Source: Centroscyllium fabricii | Taxonomy: Eukaryota | NCBI GenBank assembly: GCA_051313645.2 | Contig: JBNRSN020000018.1 | Span: 98,518,001-98,582,000 of the forward strand | Reading direction: 5' to 3' | Length of the DNA stretch: 64,000 nucleotides | In this document: positions 11,539 to 24,008 of the stretch, piece after piece | How the letters are laid out: each line of letters starts with the position of its first letter | Numbering within the stretch: the stretch's first letter is position 1 | Notes under the pieces: generated by a model | What the model was told of the DNA's origin: nothing | Databases searched by the model: none | What the model saw: the letters and a program-made list of their open reading frames with translations, nothing else | Made by a program: the position numbers and the translations under genes

Positions 11539-14500
11539 CTATGTGTGCCGTTGGGGCGGTCGGATGATGCGGCCGGACCGTGTTGTTCGTTGTTGCCGGT
11601 TCTGCGTTGGAGTGTGGGCGGGTTTAGGTGCGGGAGGGCGACCGCGTTGTGGTGGTTGCGCGGGGACCGTGGTCTCGCCCGCTGTCACGTGTGCCGGCTT
11701 GAGCCGGTCTATAGTTACTGTCTCAGTTCTTTTGCCCATTTGTAACTCGAAGAACTTGTCTCCCGCCCGAAGCACTCTGTAAGGGCCATCGTACGGTGGC
11801 TGTAAAGGGGCTCGATGCCCGTCTCGTCTGATAAATACCCATTTGGCATTTTTAATGTCCTCTGGCACCCGAGCTGCCGGCTCTCCATGCCGGGCCACTG
11901 GCAATGGCTGAAAGGCTCGTGCCGGGTTTGCCCAGTCTTTTAAATACTGGTCTGCTGACCAGGGTGAGTTGGCCTCAGCCAGAAATTCGCCCGGAACCGT
12001 CAAAGCCTGGCCGTAGACGAGCTCTGCTGCTGAGGCGTTGAGGTCCTCTTTGACTGCCGAGCGCAGCCCGAGGAGGACCCATGGAAGGCGGTCGGTCCAT
12101 GAAGCATCCTTTAGCGTGGCCCGCAATGATGCCTTCATTGAGCGGTGGAACCGTTCGCATAGGCCGTTCGCCTGTGGGTGGTATGCGGTGGTCCTGTGTA
12201 GCGTCACCCCGAGGTCGCGAGCGATGGCCGCCCATAGCGTCGACGTAAACTGGGGTCCTCTGTCGGAGGTGATGTCCGTGGGCACGCCGAATCGGGCGAT
12301 CCATGTGGCGATGAACGCCCTGGCTAGGTCCGTGGTGTTGGTGGCAGTGAGGGGAACTGCTTCAGGCCAGCGGGTGTTGCGGTCGACCATGGTCAGTAGG
12401 TGCGTGTGGCCGCGAGATGCTGGTAGAGGCCCAACGAGGTCAATATGGACGTGGTCAAAGCGTCTGGCCGGTACTTTAAAATTTTGCAGCGGTGCCTTGA
12501 TGTGCTTGTGCACCTTGGAGCGCTGGCAGGCTATGCAGGAGGTGGCCCAGACGCGGACGTCTTTGCGCAGGCCGCGCCATACGAACCGGGCCGATATGAG
12601 TCTAATGGACGCGCGGACGCCGGGGTGGGACAGGTCATGGAGGGTCGTAAAAATTCGTTCCCTCCACGCGAGGGGCACGACGGGCCTGGGTTGTGGTAAG
12701 GAAACGTCGCAGCAGATGACGGTGGCAGCGGGACCGTGCGCGACATTGGCCAAGCGTAGGCCAGGGAGTTTAGTGGCTGCATTGAGTAGGTCAGGGTCGG
12801 TCAGCTGGTCGGCGGCCAGCTGGGCGTAATCAACTGCCATTTGGGCGGCGTTGATGGTGGGGCGTGAGAGGCAGTCAGCGACTACATTGTCGCGGCCGGA
12901 AATGTGCTGAATGTCGGTTGTGAATTCCGACACGGCCGTGAGTTGGCGCTGCTGCCTGGCTGACCAGGGATCCGCTAGCTTAGCCATCGCGAACGTGAGT
13001 GGCTTGTGGTCGGTGAAGGCTGTAAAGTGTCGGCCCTCCAGGAGGAACCGAAAATGTCGCACCGCCAGATGGAGAGCCAGTAGCTCCCTATCAAAGGCGC
13101 TGTATTTAACCTCTGGGGGCCGGAGTTGTCGGCTGAAAAAGGCCAGGGGTTGCCACGAGTTGCCGGTCCACTGCTCAAATACGGCCCCGACCGCGTGGTC
13201 GGAGGCGTCGGTGGTGAGGGCTACTCTGGCGTTGGGCCTAGGGTGGGCTAGGAGGGTGGCGTTTGCCAGGGCGGTTTTGGTTGCGGTGAAGGCGGTGGCG
13301 GCGTCGGCCGTCCACTCGACCGCAGCCTTGTTGGGCTGCCCGCGGGTGGCCTGGTATAAGGGGGCCATGAGGGCGGCTGCTCCCGGGATAAATCGGTTAT
13401 AGAAATTGACCATGCCCAGGAATTCCTGTAGTCCCTTAATGGAGTGCGGGCGAGGGAATTCTTGCACCGCCTGCGCTTTAGAGGGCAGAGGTATGGCTCC
13501 TGCCTGGGAAATGCGGTGGCCGAGGAAGTCGATGGTCTTGAGGCCAAACCTGCATTTGGTGGGGCTTAATATAAGGCCGTGTTCGGTAAGGCGCTGGAAC
13601 AGGGTCCTGAGATGTAGGAGGTGTTCCTGAGGGGACGAGCTGGCCACGAGGATGTCGTCCAAATAGACGAAGATGAACCTCAAGTCCCGTAGGACTGAGT
13701 CCATGAGGCGCTGGAAGGCCTGGGCCGCGTTTTTAAGGCCGAAGGGCATCCTCATAAATTCAAAAAGCCCGAAGGGGGTGATCACGGCCGTTTTGGGAAT
13801 GTCCGCCGAGTGCACGGGTACCTGGTGGTAGCCACGCACCAGGTCGATCTTAGAAAAGATCGTGCGCCCTGCCAGTCTGGCGGAAAAGTCCTGGATGTGG
13901 GGTACGGGGTACCTATCCGGGGTGGTGGCGTTGTTGAGGCGGCGATAGTCGCCGCAGGGGCGCCAACCTCCGTCGGGCTTGGGGGCTATGTGGAGCGGGG
14001 AGGACCAGGGGCTGTTGGAGCGGCGGATAATACCGAGTTGTTCCATGGTGCGGAACTCGGTGATGGCGATCTCCAGCTTAGCTGGGTCGAGCCTACGGGC
14101 GCGTGCATGGACGGGCGGGCCTGTGGTGGTTATGTAGTGCTCTACCCCGTGTTTGGCCTTACGGGCGGTGAACGTGGGGTTGGTAAGGGCGGGAAATTCC
14201 GCCAGGAGTGTGCCGTAGGCATCGCGGTCCTTGGAGCGGCATTGGGCTGCCGCGTGGGTCAGGAGTGCGCGCCCTGTGGAACATGGAATGGTCGTCATGG
14301 TGCTGAGATTCACCAGGCGGCGCCGGGTTACATCGACCAGTAGGCCGTTGGCGCAGAGGAAATCTGCCCCGAGGAGGGGAGAGGTGACCTGGGCCGTTAC
14401 AAACTCCCAGGTGTACGTGTGGCCTGCAAGGGTAATAGTCAGCTCGCGTGTGCCGTACGTTTTAATGCTGGACCCGTTGGCTGCCGCTAGTGGCGGGCCG

Positions 14501-15360
14501 CGGGTGCCTCGTTTGGTTTCTGCGGGGGAGGCTGGCACGATGCTGTGCTGCGCGCCTGTGTCGCAGAGGAACCTGAGGCCGGTGCCGCTGTCGGTGGCGA
14601 AGAGGAGTGCTCCTGTGTGGCCTACCGACATGGTGGAGGCTGAGTTAGGTTTAAACGTGCACGGCTGGACGCAGCGGTGCGCTTTGTGTTCAAACCGCGT
14701 GTGATAGTAGCACCAGCCGGTGCTAGAGGGGCGCGGTTGTCTGGGCGGGCGTGGGGCCTTGGGTTCGGGCATAAAATTGTGCCCAGGGGGCGAATAGTTG
14801 TGCTCTACCGATGCTGAGTTGGGGGCGCACGTGGTAGAGCTGGTGCGCTGCGCCGCCATAAGTCTGTCAGCTTCCTCGCCGAGTTCGTCGTCGCTAAGGT
14901 GGGCTAGGGCTGCCAGGGCAGGTCTGATTGCGCGGGGCAATTTGAGGAGGAAAACCGTGCGAAATAGGGTGGCAGGGTTGGGAGTGAGCGCCTGCATCTG
15001 ACCTAGCAGGTCCGATGGGTCGGTGTCCCCGAGCTCGGGGAGGTCGAGGAGCTGGCAGTCGCGCTCGAACTGGGAAGGGGTAAACTTCTTAATCAGCGCG
15101 GCCTTAAGTGTTTCGTACCTGCCTACGGAGGGCACGCGCTGGATCGTTGACCACATCCTATCGACGGTCGTTTGGGGCAGAGCTGTGAAGACCAAGTCGT
15201 AGCGGTCGTCCCCGTTGACGCCATTTGAACGGCAGCTGGCTTCTATGCAGCTAAACCAGGCCGCTGGCCGTTGCTCCCAGAACTCGGGCAAAACAAGTCC
15301 GCGCCCGGTGTTCCGTCCAGCCCCCTGTGATCGTGGGGCTTGGTTCCTTGCGTTGGACAT
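11539..15360 (-). CDS. gag-pol: Gag-Pol polyprotein, 1273 aa (CHCC Gag, PR, RT, RNase H, integrase)
   Basis: [18 protein letters not shown] (CHCC), LCDTGA, YLDD, DASD, H..H..C..C, D,D35E core, GPY motif; uninterrupted. Confidence 0.97.
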   Translation of the reverse strand: MSNARNQAPRSQGAGRNTGRGLVLPEFWEQRPAAWFSCIEASCRSNGVNGDDRYDLVFTALPQTTVDRMWSTIQRVPSVGRYETLKAALIKKFTPSQFERDCQLLDLPELGDTDPSDLLGQMQALTPNPATLFRTVFLLKLPRAIRPALAALAHLSDDELGEEADRLMAAQRTSSTTCAPNSASVEHNYSPPGHNFMPEPKAPRPPRQPRPSSTGWCYYHTRFEHKAHRCVQPCTFKPNSASTMSVGHTGALLFATDSGTGLRFLCDTGAQHSIVPASPAETKRGTRGPPLAAANGSSIKTYGTRELTITLAGHTYTWEFVTAQVTSPLLGADFLCANGLLVDVTRRRLVNLSTMTTIPCSTGRALLTHAAAQCRSKDRDAYGTLLAEFPALTNPTFTARKAKHGVEHYITTTGPPVHARARRLDPAKLEIAITEFRTMEQLGIIRRSNSPWSSPLHIAPKPDGGWRPCGDYRRLNNATTPDRYPVPHIQDFSARLAGRTIFSKIDLVRGYHQVPVHSADIPKTAVITPFGLFEFMRMPFGLKNAAQAFQRLMDSVLRDLRFIFVYLDDILVASSSPQEHLLHLRTLFQRLTEHGLILSPTKCRFGLKTIDFLGHRISQAGAIPLPSKAQAVQEFPRPHSIKGLQEFLGMVNFYNRFIPGAAALMAPLYQATRGQPNKAAVEWTADAATAFTATKTALANATLLAHPRPNARVALTTDASDHAVGAVFEQWTGNSWQPLAFFSRQLRPPEVKYSAFDRELLALHLAVRHFRFLLEGRHFTAFTDHKPLTFAMAKLADPWSARQQRQLTAVSEFTTDIQHISGRDNVVADCLSRPTINAAQMAVDYAQLAADQLTDPDLLNAATKLPGLRLANVAHGPAATVICCDVSLPQPRPVVPLAWRERIFTTLHDLSHPGVRASIRLISARFVWRGLRKDVRVWATSCIACQRSKVHKHIKAPLQNFKVPARRFDHVHIDLVGPLPASRGHTHLLTMVDRNTRWPEAVPLTATNTTDLARAFIATWIARFGVPTDITSDRGPQFTSTLWAAIARDLGVTLHRTTAYHPQANGLCERFHRSMKASLRATLKDASWTDRLPWVLLGLRSAVKEDLNASAAELVYGQALTVPGEFLAEANSPWSADQYLKDWANPARAFQPLPVARHGEPAARVPEDIKNAKWVFIRRDGHRAPLQPPYDGPYRVLRAGDKFFELQMGKRTETVTIDRLKPAHVTAGETTVPAQPPQRGRPPAPKPAHTPTQNRQQRTTRSGRIIRPPQRHT

Positions 15361-15437
15361 ATTTTTTTAAAGTCCTTGGCTGCGATCCTCAAATACTGCA
15401 GCAGCTTTTCTTCACTGGACTGGAAGTCGTTCCAGTT

Positions 15438-15450
15438 GTCGGGGTCACCA
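15438..15450 (-). promoter_or_regulatory. tRNA-Trp primer binding site
   Basis: TGGTGACCCCGAC, 1 nt after the 5' LTR, complements the eukaryotic tRNA-Trp 3' end (...GUCGGGGUCACCA). Confidence 0.85.
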
Positions 15451-15777
15451 CTGTGGAGCTGCGAGTACTTAAAGAATGCACAGAGACAGAGCTAAAGGAA
15501 AACACAACTTTACTCTAGAGATTCAAAACATGGAAGAGGCAGAACCACGAGGTATCAACATTTTTAAACTGTCCCGCCGTTGGTGACGTCATCACGTCCA
15601 CCGACGTGGTGACGCAACCGCATCACGTGGTTGAGCGAGCCGCGCTCCGCGGAGCCCCGTTGGCGGATTCGTAATCCCAGCGGGTGTGCCGCTACAGTCT
15701 GGTGTTTTGCTTACTTACTTTACCCCGTTGTAAGGACGTAACACTGCTGACTCTATGTAGCATTCTGTGTGTCACCC

Positions 15778-16056
15778 TGATGCCTTATCAATAACTTCAG
15801 AGACGAGAAGTTGAGGAGTGAACTAAAGGCTTTTATTCACTAAGACATGAGCATGCCCCAGCTAGTCGACTGATCCCAGAATGATTGGGGGAGGGAGACA
15901 GTCGCCTTTATACCTGGGTCCGGGGAGGAGGAGCCGCAGGCGGGGTCAGCACGGGCATGCCCAGACAAGCTATACATGGAAGACTATGTACAAACAGTGG
16001 AGGTCACACACACAATGCATACAGATACAAACATATATAAACAGTGGTTTACCACA
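15778..16056 (-). repeat. solo LTR of the tRNA-PBS-less Gypsy lineage
   Basis: Minus strand reads TGTGGTAAACC...TGATAAGGCATCA. TSD CACCC on both sides. Same layout as 34040-34311. Confidence 0.9.
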
Positions 16057-16407
16057 CACCCCTCCCTTCATCTCACCACTGGTAGCAGAGAATTCAGTCG
16101 TGTAGGTCTTACTGTCTGGAACTCCCTCCTGAAAACATCTCTGCCTTTCTCTCTCTACCTTTTACACACCTTCTCAAAGCCCTTCACTGCAACTGAGTTT
16201 TAGGCCACCCTCTTAATCTCTTCCAACCCAGCTCAGCATCGTTTTCCTTAAACCTACTTGTGAAATGCTTTGGGACCTTTATGTTAAAGGCATTATGCAA
16301 ATGTTAGGTGGTGGTTGTTACATTCAAGTAAATTTGTTTTGCACCAGTAACGGTTTGAATGTCATCAGCAGCTATCTCCATATGTGGCATGCTACACTTA
16401 TTTACAT

Positions 16408-18443
16408 TGGCCCAGAAATTCGGGTCCCAACGCGTGAGTACGGACGAGGTACTCACGCGTAGGCCCATCCAAAGTGCCGGTTTCGTGCATGCACAGCGCA
16501 TGCGCGCGAAACCGGCACTTCCGATCCCCTGACAGAAGGGGTCAGGGGTCGGAACGCGTGCGCGGGATCGCGTGCACACTGCACTTCCAATTTTTTTACA
16601 GGTTGTGTGTCCGGGTAAGTATGGAAAAAGTTACGGCTGCTTTTTTAATGTACAAAGACTGGATTTCAGAAGGTAAGTGGTGAATTAATTATTTCTAAAA
16701 CATTTTTTCCACAGGTTTTTTATTTTTAAATACTTCAAAGAAAGGTAAGTTTATTTTTAGCCCCGTTAAAAACTTTAATTATTTTTTTCAAAAATTTTAA
16801 TTTTTGTTTAAAATAGTTAATTTATGTAATTGATAGTTATTTAAAAAAATGTGATGCTTCTGCTGTCTCCCTCCGTTTCTCACAGAAATTCTGGCTGTGC
16901 TGCTGGATCAGAGTGCAATTTATACCTGTTACTTATACTGCTTAAGTGGCTGGCTAGCCAGTTGAGCAATATCCTTGCCATTGCTTTCTAATTGGTAATT
17001 TAGCTGGGAGATACATTAAGCACAACCTCACACATGAGTTTCGAAAAGATGCCCAGAGTAAGACTGTGCATTTCAGCAAAGGTGTAACATGAGAGCGCAA
17101 ATTTGAACCCCAAATAATGTCCTGATGAGGTCATTCTAATAAACAGAATGCAACCGAATGGATGAAAAGGGGTGGGATGTGTAAATAAGAAAAAACTATT
17201 ACATATTTTAAATGTAAGAGCAGAAAATGATAAGAGTCGGAAGATAAAGAACAAAACAACAGTTTATCCTGCGCAAGGTATAACGAGAGCCATAGCGTTA
17301 TAGGCCACGATCTTACCTTTCGGTGCGAGTTGGGAGCGGGTCAGCTGCCTTCCGAGTTCCGATCCCGTCCCCAACGATGCCCAACACACAGATGCCATTT
17401 TACGTCAATTGACCTTGTTAAGCCCGCCCTGCGGGCTTGCTGGCCAATTAAGAGAAAGCCGGTGTCAGATGATGTCAGTTGATGATGCATCATCTGCTGG
17501 TTTTCTTAAAGGGGACACGCACATTTTTTTTGACATGATTTTTCAGTGTTTGACAGAATTGAGGTGCTGCAAACACTGCCAATCTATGTACAAAGGTGAG
17601 CCCTTGTACCCAGGTTCTCCAGTGACTCTCTCCTTAGGATAAAACAGATGGCAGCTGCAGGTGAGGTTACAGAAGCGATCTGTCACTGGTGAGAGAGGTT
17701 CTCCCAATGAGGTGGGACTACACAAACACTTCAAACCTTGTTAACTACAGAAAAGTCGAAGGGGGGAAAATGTTGTTGTTTGCACCTTCCGTTAGCGCCT
17801 TAAGAGGGCACTAATGGGGCACAAAACAACTATTGCCCGGGCGCGGCAATGTTTGTGCCGCTTGCGAAATTAACTAGACATTTTGCAGCAGCGCTAAACA
17901 CTACCACCACGATCTCCTGCGCCAGCAGATCGTGACATCAGTCGAGTGCGCAACGCCCCAGTACTGCAATGCCCCAGTAGTACCAGATATTGAGTGGCGC
18001 CCCCTGCCTTACCGCCTGCCGCTAACAACGATAGGTTGAGGGGAGCGTTTTGCAGTCAGAAAGGGACTGGAGGAGCGTTATTTAAAAGTGACCGCTTCTT
18101 GCCTTTTTTTGTTGGTGACATTTTTGCACCACACATTCTGAGAGAGAGAGACAGACTTCTGGAGAGAGTCAACGCTGTGTGAAGGAGTTTTGGGTACTGA
18201 GCAGCACTTTGCAGGTTCATTTTGATTTGCCCTTCCTTGCTTCGCCAGCGCTCTGAGGTAGCGCCTCGCTCCTCGGTCTTTGCCTTAAGACAGGTGTGAA
18301 GCGCCTGATTTAGCGCTCCAATCACCTCCAGGGGCGATAAAAGCCAAGTTTGCCGTCGGAGGCGATAATTAGCGCCAGGCGCTAAACTTTGCGCACGGCC
18401 GAGAATGGCGCCCCAAATGAGGCAATACTGAATTTTTCCAGCT
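16408..18443. mobile_element. cluster of non-autonomous Harbinger-like/MITE fragments (boundaries approximate)
   Basis: Termini like GGCCCAGAAATT (16409), GGCCACGATCTT (17303), GGGGGAAAAT (~17762) and AATTTTTCCAGC (~18443). Repeated AGCGCC/GGCGCT motifs as in 44521-45481. Confidence 0.45.
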
Positions 18444-18444
18444 A

Positions 18445-18835
18445 AATACGTATAAAATTCTAACTGGTCTGGACAAACTTGATAACGATGCAGGAAGAAT
18501 GTTCCCGATGATTGGAGAGTCCAGAACCAGGGGTCACAGTCTAAGGATAAGGGGTAAGCCATTTAGCACAGAGATGAGGAGGAATTTCTTCACCCAGAGA
18601 GTGGTGAACCTGTGGAATTCTCTACCACACAGGGCAGTTGAGGCCAATTCATTAAATATATTCAAGAAGGAGTTAGATATATTTCTTAAGGCTAAAGGGA
18701 TCAAGGGATATGGGAAGAAAGCAGGGACAGGGCACTGAGCTTGGATGATCAGCCATGATCTCATTGAATGGTGGAGCAGGCTCGAGGGGCCAAATGGCCT
18801 ACTCCTGCTCCTATCTTCTATGTTTATGTTTCTAT
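18445..18835 (+). mobile_element. CR1 LINE 3' fragment
   Basis: ORF 18499-18738 (RTRGHSLRIRG..F.TEMRRNFFTQRVVNLWNSLP); tail GGCCTACTCCTGCTCCTAT + microsatellite. Confidence 0.92.
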
Positions 18836-19270
18836 GTAGGTACACAAATCTGAATCTGTGTTTCATGTATACATGGAGTGTGAGAGGTTGCAGCACCACT
18901 TCCTTTATTTGAGGGGCCTGCTCTTCAATTTCTGGCTGCACTTCAGTTCCATGGTCCTGATCTTTGGCCCTCTGATTTGGAGGTGAGTGGGCAAGGTGGA
19001 GGACCTCCTCGTGAGTCTGCTCCTGGGCCTGGCCAAGGAGGCCATCCACAGGTCCAGGTTGGACATGGCCGGTGGAGTTGTTTGCTTCGGCTGCCTACCT
19101 CTCCTCCGTGGCTTTGTCCATGCCCGGGTGGTCCTGGGGAAGGAGCACGTGGTGTCTGCCAACACACTTGAGGCCTTCCGCGACTGGTGGGCATCGGAGA
19201 GACTGGTGTGCAGAGTGGACACGGAATAATGTTATGATTTGATTCGTTTCCTTTTTTTTTATTTATAATT
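18836..19270 (+). mobile_element. Tx1-like non-LTR retrotransposon ORF2 3' fragment
   Basis: DLLVSLLLGLAKEAIHRSR...LPLLRGFVHARV...LEAFRDWW, followed by a T-rich 3' UTR. Confidence 0.65.
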
Positions 19271-19939
19271 TGGTGCATATTGTTTGTGATCCTTTAAAAG
19301 GGGGGGACTTTTATTTATTAGAGTCATTTTATTTTGATTGATGACACCTGGAGCAACCCAGGTCATCCTGATTGACCAATCAGAAGTGTAGGTAAACAAT
19401 TCTGGTTCTAGTAAATCCAAACCACACCTCTGTCTGTATTTTACACATAACCATCATCATAGCAGAGAAAATAAATATTTTATAAAATCTTCAAGAGCTA
19501 AACAATTATTTTAAATTCAAATACAATTAAGTCCTGTTAGAATGCTTTAAGATGATTTTGTTAGTCAAGCTATCCTGCGTCCTTTCGCTTCGGTTTGTAT
19601 TATTATTATATTGTTGGAGTCGATAGAAAACAGCAAGCTGGGAGGCTTCAGTTTTAACAAAGACAAAAGTGTCTTACTTTAATGAGTGTCCACGAGGTCG
19701 GAACATGTTGGCCCCGTGCAGGGGCTATGACATCATCACGCAACCAACTTCATGACATCATCACGCTACCGACGCTCTTAAAGGGACCCTGCAACAATAA
19801 CCCAACCCAGAACGTACATAACACAACATTGCTATACCTAGTGAATTGTGTTTAAGTACATATAACAGCATTGGTGGTATTGTCACTATGTGGTCTCCAC
19901 CGCACACGTCCCCCCAGAATTCACTAGTACTGTCAATGT

Positions 19940-22900
19940 CAGTCGTTGGGGGGGGCCAGATCACACGACCGGGACGGCCCCTCAATTCCGGGGCGAGGGC
20001 CGGGGTTTCGTCGGAGGGACCTCGGGCACTCGGTGGTGGACTGAGGGTGCGGAAACTGGAGGTCGGCCCCACCTCGGAGGCTGTGCCAACTCAACGGGTC
20101 GGTCCAGATCCAGGTGGGCCAGCTTAAGACGGTCCACTGAAATGCAGCCCGGCTTACTGCCAATGTCCACTATGAAGGACTTGTCCCCGGTTTCCAGGAC
20201 GCAGAATGTTCCATCGTAGGGTCCCCGGTGGGCGTCGTGGCGGACGAAAACGTACTCCGCCTCACGGAGGTCACGCGGGTCGTGGGACTGCAGGAGGCCG
20301 TGCTGCGATGTGGGCACTGGCGCGAAACCTTGGCATTGTCCAGAAGGTCGGACCGCTGATGAGCTGCGGACCAAGATTCCATTACGTTGGGGACGAAATC
20401 CCTGGGAACCCACAGCAGCTGTCCATAGACGAGCTCGGCAGATGAGGTCTGGAGGTCCTCCTTGGGCGGGGTCCGGAGTCCCAGGAGGACCCACGGGAGT
20501 CTGTCGATCCAGCTGTCATCCCGGAGGCTGGCCCAGAGCGTGGCTTTCATGGAGCGATGAAACCGTTTGCACAGCCCGTTAGCCTGAGGATGGTATGCTG
20601 TGGTGCAGTGGAGTCACAACCCGAGGCCTCGGGCGACAGTGTTCCAGAGCTCTGACATGAACTGGGGCCCCCGGTCGGAGGAAATGTCAGACGGGGCGCC
20701 GAACCAGGCGACCCAAGTGCGGATGAATTCCCGAGCCACATCGGCATCCGTCGTTGAAGACAGCGGGACAGCTTCCAGCCATCGGGTGGTTCTGTCGATC
20801 ATTGTGAGGAGGTGGGTGAACCTGCGGGAGGGTGGCAGGGGCACCACCAGGTCCACGTTAACGTGGTCAAACCGCCTCTCAGGCACCACGAAAGGCACCA
20901 ACGATGTACCTTTGAGCGTTGGCATACCACGCAGGTGCTGGCCCAGTCGCGTACGGCTTTGCTGAGCCCGTCACAGATGAACTTAGCTGCTACCAGCTTC
21001 TATGACGGCTTCCTGCCCAGGTGGGACAGGTTATGGATGGCGCCGAAAACTTGTCATCTCCAACGTTCGGGCACGATGGGATGGGGCTGCCCAACGGAGA
21101 CGTTGCACAGGAGTGTAGTAACGGCATCCTCAAATGCGATGTCCGCTAACTGAAGGCCCGTGACATCTGTCCTGTCGGCCTGGACGTCTGGGTCGGAGGC
21201 CTGGTCGGCCGCCATGCAGGTGTAGTCAATGCTGAGGTGCACGGTACTGGCGATGGCCCGGGAGAGACAGTCGGCGACGGGGTTGTCTTTCCCAGCCACA
21301 TACTGAATGTCCGTTGTAAGCTCCAAGATGAATGCCAACTGGCATTGCTGCCGGGCCGACCACGGTTCGGAAACTTTGGCCATGGCGAAGGTCAATGGCT
21401 TGTGGTCCACGAACGCTGTGAACGGGCGGGCCTCCAACAGGAAACGGAAGTGTTGGACGGCGAGGTAGAGGCTGAGAAGCTCGCGATCAAAGGTGCTGTA
21501 CTTCCGCTCGTTGCGGCAGAGCTATCGGCTGAAGAAAGCTAGCGTCTGCCTGGCACCATTGACCCACTGTTCATGGACGGCGCCGACCACATAGTTCGAG
21601 GCGTCGGTGGTGAGAGCGATCAGTGCATTAGGTAATGGATGCGCCAGCATGGTCGCATTAGCCAGGGCCCTTTTCGTGTCCATGAAAGAACTGTCCATCT
21701 CCGCGGACCAGTCGACGGCGAGTTTCTTGGGCTTGCCTTTGAGGGCGTCATAAAGGGGCCGCATAAGTTGGGCTGCTCGGGGGATGAAACGATGGTAAAA
21801 GTTTACCATGCCCAAAAACTCCTGCAGGGCCTTGACGGTGAGGGGTCGCTGGAAGTCCATCACGGCCTCCACTTTCGATGGCAGTGGGACCGCCCCGTCT
21901 TTCATGATGCGGTGCCCGAGGAAGTCGATTGAGGACAGCCCAAACTGGCACTTGGCCGCGTTGACGATTAGGCCATGTTGGCTGAGTCATTCGAAGAGTG
22001 TCCGGAGGTGGGACACATGCTCTGTCCTGGAGGCGCTGGCGATGAGGATGTCATCTAGGTATACGAACAGGAATGTCAGGTCCCGTAAGACGGTGTCCAT
22101 TAGGCGTTGAAAAGCCTGTGCGTCATTTTTGAGGCCGAATGGCATGCGGAGAAGTTCAAATAGCCCGAACGGGGTGATCACCGCAGTTTTCCGGATGTCC
22201 TGCGGCCGGACGGGGACCTGGTGGTAACCCCAGACGAGGTCCACTTTCGAGAATACCACTTTCCTGGCCAGGCGGGCGGAGAAGTCCTGGATGTGTGGAA
22301 TCAGATAGCGGTCGGGGGTCGTCGCGTTATTGAGGCGCCGGTAATCTCGGCATGAGCGCTACCCACCACCTGGTTTCAGGGCGATGTGGACTGACGAAGC
22401 CCACGGACTGTTTGATGGGCAGATGATGCCGAGGCGCTCCATGGTGTCGAACTTGGCTTTGGTGATGGTGAGATTTGCCGGGTCGAGGTGCCGAGCGCGG
22501 GCGCAGACGAGCGGACCGGTGGGAGAGATGTGGTGCTCTACCCCATGTTTGGTGGTGGCGGACGAGAACATGGGCTTCGTGAGGTCCGGGAACTGGCCGA
22601 GGAGGCGGGAAAACGCGTCAGAGGTCGAGAGTGCGCTGGACAACCGTGTTGTGCTGGACCCATTGAGGGAACATGGGAGCGAGCTGAAGGTTTCCGCGTT
22701 GATGAGATGTCGATTCTTGACGTCCACCAAAAGGCCATTGGCGCAGAGAAAGTCAGCGCCGAGAAGGGGTGGACACTTTTGCAGTGACAAAGTCCCAGGT
22801 GAACCGCTGCCCACCAAAACAAAGCGCCACGTTCCGTTTCCCGAAGGTGCGGATGGAACTGCCGTTGGCAGCTTCGAGGACGGGGCCGTGGTTCCCCCTC

Positions 22901-23667
22901 CTGAATGTCTATGGTCGATACGGGCAGGACACTCACCTGGGCGCCTGTATCACAAAGAAAACGATGGCCGGAGTTGGTGTCTGTAATAAACGACAAACTG
23001 CCTGAACGGCCGACAGCCATAGCAGCCGACGAGTGGTCCTTGGTGTGTTTCGACGTGGGAAAACTGCACGGGGGCCGGCACTTCTTGGCTTTGTAGCTGA
23101 ACTGTGCATGGTAGAACCAGAGGCTTGAGGGTTACCGGCGTTAGGCTGTATCAGTGGGGGCAGGGCGCCGAATGGCCGCACAGTACTGATGCCCGGCGGA
23201 AAAAATTTGTCGGTCTCCTTGGCCAGGTCGCGGAAACCAGCAGTGGAAGAGTTCGCTAAAGCCGACCGTACCTGACCTGGCAGCTGTTGAAGGAACAGTT
23301 CCCTGAAGAGTAAGCATGGCTGGTGTGCGACCAGGTGGGCCAGCATGTGGTCCATCAGCTCCGAGGGCTTGGAGTCACCAAGCCCGGGTAGAGAGAGAAG
23401 CCGGTGTGCACGTTCGGCTTCGATGAGTCCGAAAATTTGTAAGAGGTGCACTTTCAGCGTTTCGTATTTGTTGAGCTCCGGGAGGTTTTCAAGCAGATTA
23501 ATGATTCTGGCCACGGTGGAGCTGCCGAGAGCAGAGACGACATAGTAGTACTTCGTGTCATCTGTGGTGATGTCCCAGATTGCAAATTGAGCCTTGGCAT
23601 GGGCGAACCAAGCGACAGCCTGTTGTTCCCAGAACTCGGGTAATTTGATGGAAATGGCGTTCGTCGC
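19940..23667 (-). pseudogene. gag-pol: frameshifted gag-pol of element E
   Basis: Fragments [39 protein letters not shown], all homologous to the 1273-aa ORF. Confidence 0.92.
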
Positions 23668-24008
23668 TGTTGTATCTAAGTCTTTCTACATAAACACAAA
23701 GAGAATTCAAACTACAGAGCTGTAAAATGCTGTTTAGTTTAATCAACAGTAAAAAGAGAAAGTAAAAGTAAAAGAACCTCATGGCTGTGCAGTGCTGTAG
23801 CAGCGCCACCGCAGGTGGGAGGATAACACATACATACACATCATACAGAACATATTCCTCCCCCCTTAAATAAAATGTCCCCATTATTCCTCAACAAGTA
23901 AATTACTTCCAATGCACTCAACTAACTAAGGGTAGAGGTAGATTGTCTCAAACCCTGACTTTACCCTGGGGTTTATTCTGCCCCAGTCTTGTGGGTAAGT
24001 CGCTAAGC

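Larger units (their letters stand above)
11251..15696 (-). mobile_element. intact CsRn1/Kabuki-clade Gypsy LTR retrotransposon
   Basis: 245-bp LTRs at 11251-11495 and 15452-15696, identical by eye. 4-bp TSD GTCT. PBS TGGTGACCCCGAC (tRNA-Trp). PPT GGGGGGAG. Single ORF. Confidence 0.97.
10755..15743 (+). repeat. short solo LTR (~260 bp net) split by two later insertions
   Basis: TGTGGT...GTAACA. TSD CTGCT at 10750-10754 and 15744-15748. AATAAA near 11219. Confidence 0.8.

Noticed and set aside
12038-15001. Long + strand ORFs opposite pol (also 31993-32607, 40876-41964, 49578-50348)
   Set aside because: Antisense shadows of GC-rich coding sequence; no domains and not preserved as intact ORFs between copies.
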